A stretch of 64,000 nucleotides of DNA from an uncultured Nitrospinota bacterium (GCA_963707985.1 CAVPRW010000034.1:64001-128000); one strand, 5' to 3'. Positions 20,708 to 31,895 are shown, counted from the first letter of the stretch. The notes: generated by a model from the letters alone, not told the origin. Made by a program: numbers and translations.

Positions 20708-22123
20708 TTATGAGTGGCGCACCGGCACCACCTGGTAGCGTTCGAGCATGCGATACAACGAGCGACGGTCGACCTCCAGAATCTCGGCCGCACGCGAGAT
20801 ATTGCCCTGGGTGGAGTCCAGAACGTGCAGGATATAGCGCTTCTTGACTTCCTCCAGGGAAGGCAGGTCGTCGAAACCATTCCAGGCGTCCAATGACCCG
20901 CCCAGAGATGCCTTTGGCATCAGACGATCACGCACCTCAACCGGCAGATCGTCAGGCGATAGCATCACCTGGTTCGACAGCGCCACGGCGCGCTCGATGA
21001 TGTTTTCCAACTCGCGGATGTTACCCGGCCAGGTATAGGTACGGAGCAGAGCCATGGCGTCCTCGGAGATGCCGACCACCGGTTTGCCATGCTCTTGACT
21101 GTAGCGTCGGAGAAAATGGTAGGCCAGCACTGGAATATCTTCAGCACGCTCCCGCAACGCGGGGAGATGGATGGTCACCACGTTGATGCGGTAAAAGAGA
21201 TCTTGCCGAAAGGTGCCCTGTTTCACACTCTCGACCAGATTCCTATTCGTCGCTGCCAGGATGCGCACGTCGATTTTGATCCACTTCTGACCGCCGACGC
21301 GCCTGATTTCATTCTCCTGCAGGACACGCAGTAGCTTGGCCTGCATATTAGGCGTGATATCGCCGATCTCGTCGAGAAAGCAGGTACCCGTGTCGGCCTC
21401 ATCAAATACCCCGCGCTTCTCGCTGAAAGCACCAGTAAACGCGCCCCGCACGTGGCCGAACAGTTCGCTCTCGAGCAGCGACTCGGTCATGGCACCGCAG
21501 TCGACGGCAACAAAGGGACGGTGGCTACGGGGGCTGTGTTGGTGGAGGGCGCGTGCCATCAATTCCTTGCCTGTGCCGCTCTCGCCCAGAATCAACACAG
21601 TACTTTTCGTGGCCGCTGCCCGGGCGACAGTCTTATACACGTCCACCATTGCCGGGCTGCGTCCGATGACAGCCCCCAGGGGGGCGATGTCTTCGCCGTC
21701 GCCGCCGGCCAGTCGACTCAACCCTGCCGCGTGGCGTTGTGCCAAGGCACGGGACACGGTACGTTTCAACTCCTCCAGGTTCATCGGTTTGGACGTATAG
21801 TCGAAAGCCCCCTCGCGAATCGCTTCGATGGCGATCTCCATCGAACCAAAGGCGGTCATGACCACGATGGGCAGGTCAGGATGGGTCGCGCGCACTTCGC
21901 GTGTGACCTCAAGGCCGCTCATCCCAGGGAGACGTACATCCACGAGCAATAAGGCGTACGTTTCCCGATGCAATTGCTGCAGGGCATCTTCACCACTCAG
22001 GGCACGGTCGACCGGGTAGCCTTCGCCCTCCAGAACCTCGGCAAAGAGCTCGCAGCTCACCGGATCATCATCCGTGACCAGAATACGCGCGCGTGTCCTT
22101 TCGCTTCGACGCACCTCGTTCAC
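20708..22123 (-). CDS. Sigma54-dependent response regulator (NtrC/AtoC/ZraR family)
   Basis: Receiver; GESGTGKE; ESELFGHVRGAFTGA; FLDEIG; WPGNIREL; Fis-type HTH. Confidence 0.96.
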   Translation of the reverse strand: MNEVRRSERTRARILVTDDDPVSCELFAEVLEGEGYPVDRALSGEDALQQLHRETYALLLVDVRLPGMSGLEVTREVRATHPDLPIVVMTAFGSMEIAIEAIREGAFDYTSKPMNLEELKRTVSRALAQRHAAGLSRLAGGDGEDIAPLGAVIGRSPAMVDVYKTVARAAATKSTVLILGESGTGKELMARALHQHSPRSHRPFVAVDCGAMTESLLESELFGHVRGAFTGAFSEKRGVFDEADTGTCFLDEIGDITPNMQAKLLRVLQENEIRRVGGQKWIKIDVRILAATNRNLVESVKQGTFRQDLFYRINVVTIHLPALRERAEDIPVLAYHFLRRYSQEHGKPVVGISEDAMALLRTYTWPGNIRELENIIERAVALSNQVMLSPDDLPVEVRDRLMPKASLGGSLDAWNGFDDLPSLEEVKKRYILHVLDSTQGNISRAAEILEVDRRSLYRMLERYQVVPVRHS

Positions 22124-24372
22124 GGCGGCGGCTCCTCTGTCGGGAGAAAGATGCGTACGCACGTACCCTCCCCTACATGGCTAGAAATATGAATGCTTCC
22201 TCCATGGGCCCTAATGATCTCCTGGCAGATGGCCAGTCCCAACCCGGTGCCGCGCGCCTCACTCTTGGTGGTCACAAAGAGATTAAACACCTTGGGCAAC
22301 AGTTCGGCCGGTATGCCGGCACCGGTGTCGATGACCTCTACGACAATGCCACGCTGCAAGTTCTCGGATGGCTCAGCCAGCTCTGTGGTCACGGTGATGG
22401 TACCACCAGTTTCCATGGCATCGATGGCATTGTTCAGAAGATTGATCAATACTCGTTGTAAGGCGGCGGCGTCAGCGCTGAGCACGGGCAACGACTCCGC
22501 TAGCTCAGTCATCACATGCACGTGGCTCTGCTGAAAGCGGATCTCCAGTTGAACCAGCGTTTCCAGGACCAGCTCATTGAGATTGATGGGCCGATGCGTG
22601 TGGGGAGCCCCACGGGTGCGCGACAGATAGTGTTTGATGATCTCCGCCATGCGTTGCACCTGCGACTCGATGATCTTCAGACGTCTCCGAGCCTCCTCGG
22701 AGATGTCGGCGTTGGCCAGCAGTTGGGTGTAGCCCAGCACAGAATTGAGGGGTGTGCCCAGTTCATGGGCAATGGCGCCCGTAATACGCCCCAGCGCCGC
22801 TAGACGTTCGCGTTCAATCAACTGCTCCTGCAGCTTGACCCGCTCGGTGATATCGCGGAAGAATCCATGTAGCGCCACCAGGTTACCGTCCACATGTCGC
22901 CCAATCAGGGTGCCTTCGACCAGGATCGACCTGCCATCCTGAGCCACCAGCGTAGCCTGGAGATACTGCCCGGTTTCTTCCGCCAACACCCGGGCGCGAA
23001 CACCGCTCCAGTGGGAAAGTGACCGAGGGTGAATGATGTCAGCAATCCTCAAGCTCGACAGTTGTGCCTGTGTATACCCCAAGGTTTTCAACCAGGCTTG
23101 GTTCACGAACAGAAAGCGGCCATCGGGGGCGACACTCTGAATCAGGTCGTGCGTGCTTTCAAGCAGATGATGATACTGCTGCTGGCTCTGCTGTAAGGCC
23201 TCTTCCGCCATCTTGCGCTCGGTGATGTTGCGATAGATGGCGTACGCGGCGATCTGACTGCTGCCGATACGAACCGGTGCCCCGACAATGGAGACATGGA
23301 GTCGACTGCCGTCCTTATGCCGCCGGACGGTCTCCGTGTGGACGCCCTGCCCGTGCGTTAGCTTATCGGTCAACTCCCATCCTTCGTCGAGCCGATCATC
23401 CGGCACGATAAGCTCGTTGATCGGACGGTTCATGGCGTCTGCCGGCGTATACCCAAACATCCGTGTGAACTCGCCATTAACGCGCAGCACACGATCTTCG
23501 GTATCAAGCAGGACGATGCCTTCAGGGGCGTTTTCGAAGAGCTGATCGAGGTAGGCTTGCTGGATTTTCAGCTCTTCCTCGGCATGTTTATGCTCGGTGA
23601 TGTCTTGCGTGGCGCCAATGAAGCGCACCACACGTTGCTGCGAGGCGTCAAACTCTGGTCGGCCAACAGCCCGCACCCATCGTACCTCGCCGTTCTTAGT
23701 GACGATGCGAAATTCGCTCGCATCCGGCTGGCCGGAACGGATATTCCGGATGCGTTGCTGCCAGATGGGTAGGTCCTGCGGATAGATTAGCCGCCCTCGG
23801 GCGCTGGGGTCATCTAGCGTGGGCAGATCATGCTCGTTATAGCCCGTGACGCGACAGTATGCTTCCGGCGTGACCCATTCGCGGATGATGGTACCATCGG
23901 GCTCGAGACGGTGGGCGTAGGAATAGCCAGAGACCAATTCGGCGAGTGCGCGGTGACGTTCTTCAGAAAGGCTCAACTGCTGCCCCTGTTGCCTGGCCGC
24001 TGCCAGATCACGCCTCAGGTATCTGGTTTGCAACAAGTTCTGCACACGCATCTGCAGGACGACCTGATCCGTGGGCCAGACGAGGCGTTCATCGATCGTC
24101 TGGCCTAGGTGTGCTGCGATCAAATCGCGCCCGTCAGATGTCGTCACCAGAAGAAAGGGCAAGAACTGCGGCGACTCGATCTTGCGGCGCTCTTGAATCG
24201 CCTTGTGGAGGCGTTTCAGTGTCGCCCCATCCAGAACGGCCAGATCAAACGTCTCTCGGAGGGCGCGCTTGCCCCTCGCGGTCATGACCTTATAGCGCTG
24301 TCCCAGGCAATCCTCCAAATCCTGTTGTAGCTCGCGTGACTCGATGAGGAACACGATCGTATCCATGCTCAT
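22120..24372 (-). CDS. Cytoplasmic multi-PAS sensor histidine kinase
   Basis: Degenerate N-terminal receiver-like domain; three PAS/PAC units (DITE/NITE); H-box AHELGTPL; NLLNNA, DTGAG, GTGLGL. Confidence 0.94.
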   Translation of the reverse strand: MSMDTIVFLIESRELQQDLEDCLGQRYKVMTARGKRALRETFDLAVLDGATLKRLHKAIQERRKIESPQFLPFLLVTTSDGRDLIAAHLGQTIDERLVWPTDQVVLQMRVQNLLQTRYLRRDLAAARQQGQQLSLSEERHRALAELVSGYSYAHRLEPDGTIIREWVTPEAYCRVTGYNEHDLPTLDDPSARGRLIYPQDLPIWQQRIRNIRSGQPDASEFRIVTKNGEVRWVRAVGRPEFDASQQRVVRFIGATQDITEHKHAEEELKIQQAYLDQLFENAPEGIVLLDTEDRVLRVNGEFTRMFGYTPADAMNRPINELIVPDDRLDEGWELTDKLTHGQGVHTETVRRHKDGSRLHVSIVGAPVRIGSSQIAAYAIYRNITERKMAEEALQQSQQQYHHLLESTHDLIQSVAPDGRFLFVNQAWLKTLGYTQAQLSSLRIADIIHPRSLSHWSGVRARVLAEETGQYLQATLVAQDGRSILVEGTLIGRHVDGNLVALHGFFRDITERVKLQEQLIERERLAALGRITGAIAHELGTPLNSVLGYTQLLANADISEEARRRLKIIESQVQRMAEIIKHYLSRTRGAPHTHRPINLNELVLETLVQLEIRFQQSHVHVMTELAESLPVLSADAAALQRVLINLLNNAIDAMETGGTITVTTELAEPSENLQRGIVVEVIDTGAGIPAELLPKVFNLFVTTKSEARGTGLGLAICQEIIRAHGGSIHISSHVGEGTCVRIFLPTEEPPP

Positions 24373-24678
24373 CCCTTTTCATACGCACGTGCCAGCGTCC
24401 ATCGGTCGAAACTACAACACTCCAAGTGCCAGAGCGCCAAGGCGTGTGCAAGGGGACGGTGCCGCTGCAGAATCGTTCGGGTCTGATCACCATTCTAGAG
24501 AAAGCCGTGACGAAATGGAAGGACAAGAAACCGCATGTCTCATGGATGGTCTCAGTTTGGGGCTCTCGACACTGCCGCTAGTAGCGGGTTTCACAGTGTA
24601 TACGGTGGCCGCGGCCTGCGACGGGCCATGAGATTTGGGCTCAAAGCGGCTCGGACTCGCGGGCTGTCCCCCTATGCT

Positions 24679-26007
24679 TCATACGTCAGCCTCCAGTTCT
24701 GAGATAGTCTCGCGTGGGGGGGTGACGAGGATTTTGTCGATTCGATTGCCGTCCATATCCACCACCTCGATCTTCAGTCCCTCCCAGACAAAATAGTCGG
24801 CAGCAGCGGGAATACGGCCCAATTGCATGATCACGAAACCGGCCAGAGTCTGATAGATGCCTTGGTCCTCCCCTGGCAATTCGCCAAGGTCGAAGAGATC
24901 CTTGAACTCGTCCACGGGCAACATGCCATCCAATAGCCATGAACCATCGTCACGTTGCACTGCGAGCGGGTCTACCGGATCCCCGGCTTCGGGGAGGTCC
25001 CCGACGATTGCTTCTAAGATGTCACTCGGGGTGACCAGACCCTGAATCCCGCCGTATTCGTCGATCACCAAGGCGATGTGTGTTCCCGATTGTTTGAAGA
25101 GTTCCAAGACCTTTAAGGCACGCATGCTCTCAGGCACGTACAAGGGTTGTTGTAATGTCGCTTCCAAGTCGACGACTTGTTCGCCCAAGAGATGCGCCAG
25201 CAGATCCTTGGCGTGCACGACGCCGAGGACATTATCCAAGCTCCCTTCAGCGACCAAAAAGCGTGAGTGCGCGCTTTCGGTGATGGTGCGGCGAATCTCC
25301 TGGGCCAACGCCTCGCGGTCGAGCCAGACGATCTCAGTCCGTGGGGTCATCACCGCGCTGACGCGCCGATCACCCAACCGGAAGACGCGCTCTACCATCT
25401 CCTGCTCAGCCTCTTCAAACATGCCTGCCTGAGTCCCCTGTTCGATCAGAGCGCGAATTTCCTCCTCCGTCACTGGAGGCTCCGTGGAGGGCTTTATTCC
25501 CAAGGCCCGCAGGAGGAACTCGGTGGAGAGGCCTAACAGGTGCACGACAGGGTATGCAACCCGCGACAGCACCTGCATGGGGGCGGCAATCACCATCGCC
25601 AGGCGCTCGGGATTGTTCAACGCCAGCCGTTTCGGCACCAGTTCGCCCACGATCAACGAGAGATAAGTGATCACGAGTACCACCAGGACCAAGCTAAGCG
25701 GGTGGCCATATGGCTCCAGCCACGTGATGTCACTCAGAAGAATGGCGAGTTCCCCGGCAATGGTTGCCCCACCGAAGGCGCCGGCCAGAATGCCGACGAG
25801 TGTGATACCGATTTGAATCGTTGCCAGAAACTGATTGGGATTATTCGCCAGTTCCAGAGCGGCACGGGCTTTGGCATTGCCCTCTTCGGCCCACTGTTGC
25901 AGGCGGGTCTTGCGGGCTGAGACCACGGCGATCTCCGACATGGCAAAGATGCCATTGATGAGAATTAGCAGCACCACGACTAATCCTTCGAGCATTACGG
26001 AGGGCAT
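24679..26007 (-). CDS. Hemolysin/CorC (CNNM) family protein, DUF21-CBS-CorC
   Basis: FAMSEIA; GELVPK; VMTPRT; HSRF; IDEYGG; C-terminal TLAGF...DKI. Confidence 0.93.
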   Translation of the reverse strand: MPSVMLEGLVVVLLILINGIFAMSEIAVVSARKTRLQQWAEEGNAKARAALELANNPNQFLATIQIGITLVGILAGAFGGATIAGELAILLSDITWLEPYGHPLSLVLVVLVITYLSLIVGELVPKRLALNNPERLAMVIAAPMQVLSRVAYPVVHLLGLSTEFLLRALGIKPSTEPPVTEEEIRALIEQGTQAGMFEEAEQEMVERVFRLGDRRVSAVMTPRTEIVWLDREALAQEIRRTITESAHSRFLVAEGSLDNVLGVVHAKDLLAHLLGEQVVDLEATLQQPLYVPESMRALKVLELFKQSGTHIALVIDEYGGIQGLVTPSDILEAIVGDLPEAGDPVDPLAVQRDDGSWLLDGMLPVDEFKDLFDLGELPGEDQGIYQTLAGFVIMQLGRIPAAADYFVWEGLKIEVVDMDGNRIDKILVTPPRETISELEADV

Positions 26008-26566
26008 CGCGACGCGCTCCTTACGTTTTCAAGCCATTTGCACCAGAGGTCCGGTTCTTCTCAATCCGGAAGTGCCAACCGCAGCGTAGAGGGCACACGA
26101 CCATGCTCCAAGGACGGACATGAGATAGCGCCAGCTCACACCATTTCACGCGAGGAACCAGAAATGTGACCCTGTGCAAGAAGATGGTCGGGAAGCCACG
26201 CAATTTGCTTTATTGGACCATCAATCGCTGGTGAGCGCAAGTGTCTTGCGGTTCGCTCCCGTCAGCTGGCCAAAATCCTACACAAGGTTTCCTGGATTGA
26301 TGACGTGGGATGATATCCTCATGAGGCATGTGCGGGACGACGTCGTATGAAAGGACCAACAAGGCGGGGTGTGGAGGGAGAGGGTGCGACATGGGACCAA
26401 ATGCGCACGGCCTGGTCTGGATTCACGTCGGATGTAGGGGTCTGGGAGGTCCGAGCGCTCCGGCGAGAGACCCCTGAGCCTTCGCCAAAGCTCCCGTGGG
26501 GTCTCATCGCACCGAAATGACGCCAATACCAGCGCCGGCAGGACGGCTCGGCCGGCAACTACCGAC

Positions 26567-28216
26567 CTAGCTGATTGTCGCCTGACTCTGGCCTGTGAGG
26601 ACCTGCAAGAGCTTGGCGCCATCGGGGGTTCCCAAACCTGTACAGGGATCCCAACCCTGACGCGCCTGATACGCGCCATTATTCCCACTGGTGATATCGT
26701 GCAGAGCTCCGCTAGTAGCGATCTGTCCACTATAGAGCAATGGGTTGAGATACCCGACCGGACGCCCTAGTTGCTGATTGATGAGCGCAATCAGTCCCGC
26801 CCACAGAGGAGCCACGGCACTGGTGCCGCCGAAGACCACCTCACGATGATCGACACGAATCAGATAGCCGGTCATCGGGTCGGCATCGCCAGCCACATCG
26901 GGCACACCACGTCCCTGCTTAGCCCCAGGGTTGGCCGATGGCGGGACATTGGCCAGCTTCTGAAACCCAGGCAAGGTGAAGAAGTCGCTGACACCGCCAC
27001 CGGTGGCGCCAGCCATCGTCCCGTCGTTCCACACCACTTCCTGACTGATCGCCGTGTTCGATGCCTCCAGGTGCGTTCCCCCACATCCCAGGACATAAGG
27101 GCTGGATGCGGGAAAATCGACGTGTGCATACCCGTCGCTCATCCCATCGGAGGAGCCATCATCGCCCGCAGCGCAGCAGATGGTGACGCCGAGAGCCGCA
27201 GCTTCCTGGAACGCCTGGTCATAAACCTGCAGAGCTTGCGCGGTCCAACTCGACTCCGGGCCACCCCAGCTGATCGAGATGACTGAAGGTCGATTCTGGT
27301 GATCATGAACAGCAGCCTTGATCGCATCCAGGAAACCGCGGTCGGTATTCGGCGCAAAATACACCACAAATTCTGCGGCAGGGGCCAGCGCACCGGCGAC
27401 TTCGATGTCAAGCATCACCTCACCGTCGGGGCCGCTGGGGTCACCAGTCGGATGGTTGTGGGCACCGTCGACTGCAACGGTCTTAATGCGCGGCATGGCG
27501 ACCCCCAGTTGGGAGAAGTAGGCCGTGAGATCCTGGAGGCGATAACCACCTCCCAATTCGATAATGGCAACGCACTGCCCATGTCCATCCACCCCAGATG
27601 GAAAGTTATAGAGCCGGGCTAATTGAGTCGGCGTGAACGAGTGGTTATTAAGCTGTCGCGAGCTGTTGCTCCTCGTGGATGTCCCCACAGTCGTTGCTTC
27701 CTTGAAGAGCCGAAAGTGGGGTTTGGCCTGTGGACGGTCATCCAGGCCAAACACCCCCTGCACGATCTCGGCCAGCTCGCCCGGCACATGCACCGCTCCG
27801 ACGCGGCCCCGATAGGTTCCCCCCCAATACTCATAGGTGGCAAGCGACACGCCGAACGCCTCGGAGAAAGCCCCCACCGTCCCGGTTAGGAGCACGCTGC
27901 GTTTGGCAGGGTTGACCTCAGTGACCGTAAGGCCATGGGCTTTTGCAAACGCTTCTATGGCTGCCAGGTCCTTGGGGTCGGCCCCATAGGCGGCAGTAAA
28001 CTCCTCATGGGTCATATGCCGGCGTTCAGCAGGCATGATGGCTCCCAATCTCTCGGCACTGAGGGCCCCCTTCATAGCAGTAACGCCGGTACGAGGGCGA
28101 ACATACAGGGTGACCTCCATACGTTCCTTGAGATGCGGCGTGCCCACCGCCCGCGCCCCTGCGAGGACCTGACGTTCGCTCCCAGGAACTGGGACATGGC
28201 TTGTATGCGATAGCAT
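26567..28216 (-). CDS. S53 family serine peptidase (kumamolisin-like) with prodomain
   Basis: GEVMLDIE (Glu/Asp); AAGDDG; RGVPDV; GGTSAVAP (Ser); GWDPCTGLGTP. Confidence 0.95.
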   Translation of the reverse strand: MLSHTSHVPVPGSERQVLAGARAVGTPHLKERMEVTLYVRPRTGVTAMKGALSAERLGAIMPAERRHMTHEEFTAAYGADPKDLAAIEAFAKAHGLTVTEVNPAKRSVLLTGTVGAFSEAFGVSLATYEYWGGTYRGRVGAVHVPGELAEIVQGVFGLDDRPQAKPHFRLFKEATTVGTSTRSNSSRQLNNHSFTPTQLARLYNFPSGVDGHGQCVAIIELGGGYRLQDLTAYFSQLGVAMPRIKTVAVDGAHNHPTGDPSGPDGEVMLDIEVAGALAPAAEFVVYFAPNTDRGFLDAIKAAVHDHQNRPSVISISWGGPESSWTAQALQVYDQAFQEAAALGVTICCAAGDDGSSDGMSDGYAHVDFPASSPYVLGCGGTHLEASNTAISQEVVWNDGTMAGATGGGVSDFFTLPGFQKLANVPPSANPGAKQGRGVPDVAGDADPMTGYLIRVDHREVVFGGTSAVAPLWAGLIALINQQLGRPVGYLNPLLYSGQIATSGALHDITSGNNGAYQARQGWDPCTGLGTPDGAKLLQVLTGQSQATIS

Positions 28217-28265
28217 TGATGGCTCCTTTGCTATGGTTTACCCGACGGCTTGTCTTCGTCGGGGT

Positions 28266-28640
28266 TCATTTTGCCAATGCGCGCCTGAGCGTCTGAGAGA
28301 CCTGCTCCACCCCGAAGGGCTTGGAGAGGACTGTGAAAGCCCCTAACAGCTCGGCCTTCACCTTAAAGTCAGGATCCTGAGTCCCCGTCATCACGATGAC
28401 CTTGATCCATGGAGACTCGATCATAATTTTGGATAGCAGCTCGATGCCGTTCATGGCCGGCATCTGCATATCCGTGAGCACCAGATCGTAGGCGAAGGGC
28501 GTGTGCTGCACCAGCTCCCAGGCGCGCTTCCCGTCGGCTGCGGTACTGACGCGAAATCCCTGAAATGCGAGGGACTCCGCCAGCACCATGCGTATCGACT
28601 CGTTGTCGTCAACCACCAAGATCCTGTCCCTTGCCAGCAT
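28266..28640 (-). CDS. Single-domain response regulator (receiver)
   Basis: ILVVDD; LTDMQMP; LSKPF. Confidence 0.9.
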   Translation of the reverse strand: MLARDRILVVDDNESIRMVLAESLAFQGFRVSTAADGKRAWELVQHTPFAYDLVLTDMQMPAMNGIELLSKIMIESPWIKVIVMTGTQDPDFKVKAELLGAFTVLSKPFGVEQVSQTLRRALAK

Positions 28641-28683
28641 GCCTACTCTCCTCACCAAACTGTCGTGCTCGTCCACCAGGAAG

Positions 28684-28699
28684 AGCAACGTATGTGCCA
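28684..28699 (-). promoter_or_regulatory. Sigma54 -24/-12 promoter (receiver and S53 peptidase)
   Basis: TGGCACATACGTTGCT, near consensus. Confidence 0.7.
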
Positions 28700-28910
28700 T
28701 CATCCTGAAACGACACAGGCCGTTTGGCGAGAGCCCCAAACGGCCTGTGGTACAAGGAATCCGCGCACCTCTACCATGTGGACCTGGCGAGCGATGCGCA
28801 TAAGAATAGCCCCACTGCCCCAGCCAACCCCCGATGCTGAAGAGATCATTCAGGGAAATCGAGACGTTATCGGCGTGTGGCCATTACCGTTGCGGTGTGG
28901 TCGACCCGCC

Positions 28911-30281
28911 TCACTCTTCCACGCTGCCAAGATCGATTCGATAGCGCTCGGCGAGGCGATACAGCGTCCGTCGATTGATCCCGAGGAGTTGGGCGGTGAG
29001 CTTCTTGTTGCCCTTGGCTTGCTGCAGGACATAACAGATGTGGCGTCTAACCCCCTCGCGCAGGCTCGCAGAGGCTTCGTTAGTGTCCTGCCTTGCAGCG
29101 GTAGCCTGCCGAAATTCCGGCGGCAAGTCCTCGGGGAGGAGGACAGGATTAGTCGTGAGGGCGACGGCTTGCTCGATGACATGCTCTAATTCACGCACGT
29201 TGCCTGGCCAGGGATACTTGCCAAGCAGGATTAGAGATTGAGGGGAGATATGAGAGATATTTTTTTGATTACGAAAGGCGCATTTCGTGAGGAAAGACTC
29301 CGCCAGGAGAGCGATGTCCTCCTGCCGATCCCGCAGGGGCGGGAGGGTGATGGACACGACACTCAAACGATAGAAGAGGTCCTCTCGGAACTTACCGTCC
29401 GTTATCAGCATCTTCAGATTCTTGTTCGTGGCGGCGATGACCCGGACATCTAGCTTGATCTCCTCCCGCCCCCCGACCCGTCTGATCTGGCGTTCCTGGA
29501 TGAAGCGCAGGAGTCTGGCCTGCAGCGCTGGTCCGATATCCCCTATTTCATCCAGGAAACAGGTGCCCCCATGCGCCTCCTCAAGTAGCCCTTTCTTGTT
29601 GGCAATGGCCCCTGTAAAGGCCCCCTTCATATGGCCGAACAGCTCACTCTCCAACAGCGTCTCCGCCAATGCCCCACAATCCACGACGATAAAGGGCTGT
29701 TCGGCCCTTGGGCTATTGTAGTGAATAGCGCGAGCGATCAATTCCTTGCCAGTGCCGCTCTCACCCTGGATCAACACTGTGCTCATGCTGGACGCCACAC
29801 GGGCAACGATCTTGTAGACCTCCAACATAGCCGCACTGCGCCCGACGATGTTGTGCATCTGGTGTTGCGCCTGCAGCGCCTGCCGCAGTTGGAGATTTTC
29901 CCTCAGCAGACGTTTATGATCTAACGCCCGTCGCACCGTGAGCTTGACGTCATTGAGCTTTAAGGGTTTACTGATATAGTCGTAGGCGCCTTCTTGAATC
30001 GTCTCGATGGCGGTTTCAATCGACCCAAAGGCGGTCATCATGATGACGACGGTCTCCGGGCTCAGATGCTTCAACTCACGGAGGACCTCGACGCCATTCA
30101 GATCCGGTATTCTCACGTCTAAGAGGACGACGTCGAACAAGATCGTCACGGCTTTGTCGATGGCTTCTCGGCCGCTCCCGGCAGTTTCAACCTGATAACC
30201 CTCCTGCACCAGCACTTCTCGGAGGAGGCGATAGGTTGTCGGATCATCATCCACGACCAACACCGTCGTCTGAGTTGTCAC
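28911..30281 (-). CDS. Sigma54-dependent response regulator (NtrC/AtoC/ZraR family)
   Basis: Receiver; GESGTGKE; GAFTGA; WPGNVREL; HTH. Confidence 0.96.
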   Translation of the reverse strand: MTTQTTVLVVDDDPTTYRLLREVLVQEGYQVETAGSGREAIDKAVTILFDVVLLDVRIPDLNGVEVLRELKHLSPETVVIMMTAFGSIETAIETIQEGAYDYISKPLKLNDVKLTVRRALDHKRLLRENLQLRQALQAQHQMHNIVGRSAAMLEVYKIVARVASSMSTVLIQGESGTGKELIARAIHYNSPRAEQPFIVVDCGALAETLLESELFGHMKGAFTGAIANKKGLLEEAHGGTCFLDEIGDIGPALQARLLRFIQERQIRRVGGREEIKLDVRVIAATNKNLKMLITDGKFREDLFYRLSVVSITLPPLRDRQEDIALLAESFLTKCAFRNQKNISHISPQSLILLGKYPWPGNVRELEHVIEQAVALTTNPVLLPEDLPPEFRQATAARQDTNEASASLREGVRRHICYVLQQAKGNKKLTAQLLGINRRTLYRLAERYRIDLGSVEE

Positions 30282-30284
30282 GAT

Positions 30285-31895
30285 TCATTCCTTCATCGGT
30301 GGCAGCATGATGCGGACGGTGGTTCCAGTCCCCACCTGACTCTCAACCTCGATATGACCGCCATGCGCTTTGACGATGCGTTTACAGATGGAAAGCCCCA
30401 GGCCGGTGCCCGTCCCGTGCGCTTTTGTAGTGAAAAATGGTTCAAAAATGCGATGCAGGTCTGCAGTAGCGATCCCTACACCAGTATCCGCAACGTTGAT
30501 CACGATATAGTCGCTGGCGGTGCGCTGGGGCTGATGACCGACGATCGCCGATTGGTGTCGAAGGATCGTCCGCTGGGTCGCGATGTGGAGGATACCACCG
30601 TTCGGCATGGCATCGAAGGCATTCATCAGACAATTGAGTAGGACCTGCTGCAGTTGGGTGGCGTCGCCAGTGATGGCCGGAAGGTCAGAGGCAAAGGCCG
30701 TCGAGGCAGTCACCAGTTTGCGAGCGAGGATGGGGGCAAGCAGGTTGAGTAGCTCTTGCACGAGCTGGTTGGTATCGATCGGCTTCAACACCAGATCCGC
30801 TGGAGCAGAGGCTGTCAGTAAGGTTTGTAGAACCTCAACCACACGCGCGATCTGCACCTCAATGATCTTTAATCGATCAGTAGCCTCCGCATCGAGGTCA
30901 TTTCTCTGCAGGAGGAGTTGTACGTGGCCGGAAATCGCGTTCAAGGGTGTACTCACGTCGTGAGCCATCATGGCGGCCCATTGCCCAGCCATGGCCAAGC
31001 GTTCGGTGCGATTGAGCTGGCGTTGGAGCTCGAAGAACTCGATATGCGCCTGCCTGAGCTCCTCATGTCTCGCGGCCAATTCATGGGTGGCCCGTTCCAC
31101 CTCGGCTTGCAGCTCGCGATTGAAGTTTTCGATGCGGGTCATGAGACTCACGTTGTCTTCATAACCCTGCTGAATTTTACGCAGCATGCGATTGAAGCTG
31201 GCGGCGAGACGCCCAAGCTCATCATGGCGGGCGATCTGGGCCGCTGCTCCGAGATCACCCGCCTCAGCCTGCGCCATGGTCTGTACTAAGGTTCGAATGG
31301 GCTGATTCACATAGTGTTGCAGGTACCAGCCCAGCCCAGCGACGATGAACACGGAGGCCGCAGTCATGATCGAAAGGGATTGACGGCGCTCCCTTGCGGC
31401 CAGACGGTCGGTAGATTCGAGCGATGACCCGACCTGAATGGCACCAACAATCTTCTCCTGCAGCATGATGGGAGCGGTGACCTTCCAGATGCGCGTCCCT
31501 TGATACTTCTCCAGAGAGGTCAATATGTGTCCTTCGAGGATTCTTTCCCACGCCTCGGGCTCAGGCACCACTGGCGACAATCCAGGCGTCGAGGCGGCCA
31601 AAATAGGACCTTGTGAGCTCGCGAGGAAGACCTCGAGGCTCTGCAGATCCCTGCGCAGCCGGTTAAACGCTTCAATCTCCTTTTGCAAGACATCAGGAGC
31701 CCCAATGATCTGCTGCACCCCAATGCCGGTGGCCAACTCCTGGGCCAAGCTCACGGTTTGATCGCGGAGGTCCTTCTCGAAGGCTTGTTCCGACAGCTTG
31801 CTATCCAGGTATGAGGAGAGGAAAAGCACAAAGGCTACGATAAAAATGACCAAGCAGATAATTCGCGTTTGTAAGCCCAGCGTTCTGATGTGCAT
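30285..31895 (-). CDS. Membrane sensor histidine kinase with HAMP domain
   Basis: Two TM segments; DELGRLAASFNRM; AHDVSTPL; GTGLGL. Confidence 0.94.
   Translation of the reverse strand: MHIRTLGLQTRIICLVIFIVAFVLFLSSYLDSKLSEQAFEKDLRDQTVSLAQELATGIGVQQIIGAPDVLQKEIEAFNRLRRDLQSLEVFLASSQGPILAASTPGLSPVVPEPEAWERILEGHILTSLEKYQGTRIWKVTAPIMLQEKIVGAIQVGSSLESTDRLAARERRQSLSIMTAASVFIVAGLGWYLQHYVNQPIRTLVQTMAQAEAGDLGAAAQIARHDELGRLAASFNRMLRKIQQGYEDNVSLMTRIENFNRELQAEVERATHELAARHEELRQAHIEFFELQRQLNRTERLAMAGQWAAMMAHDVSTPLNAISGHVQLLLQRNDLDAEATDRLKIIEVQIARVVEVLQTLLTASAPADLVLKPIDTNQLVQELLNLLAPILARKLVTASTAFASDLPAITGDATQLQQVLLNCLMNAFDAMPNGGILHIATQRTILRHQSAIVGHQPQRTASDYIVINVADTGVGIATADLHRIFEPFFTTKAHGTGTGLGLSICKRIVKAHGGHIEVESQVGTGTTVRIMLPPMKE

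Noticed and set aside
24378..24431. TGGCAC motifs upstream of the PAS kinase (also near 26070 and 31970) as sigma54 promoters
   Set aside because: No GC at the required GG-N10-GC spacing
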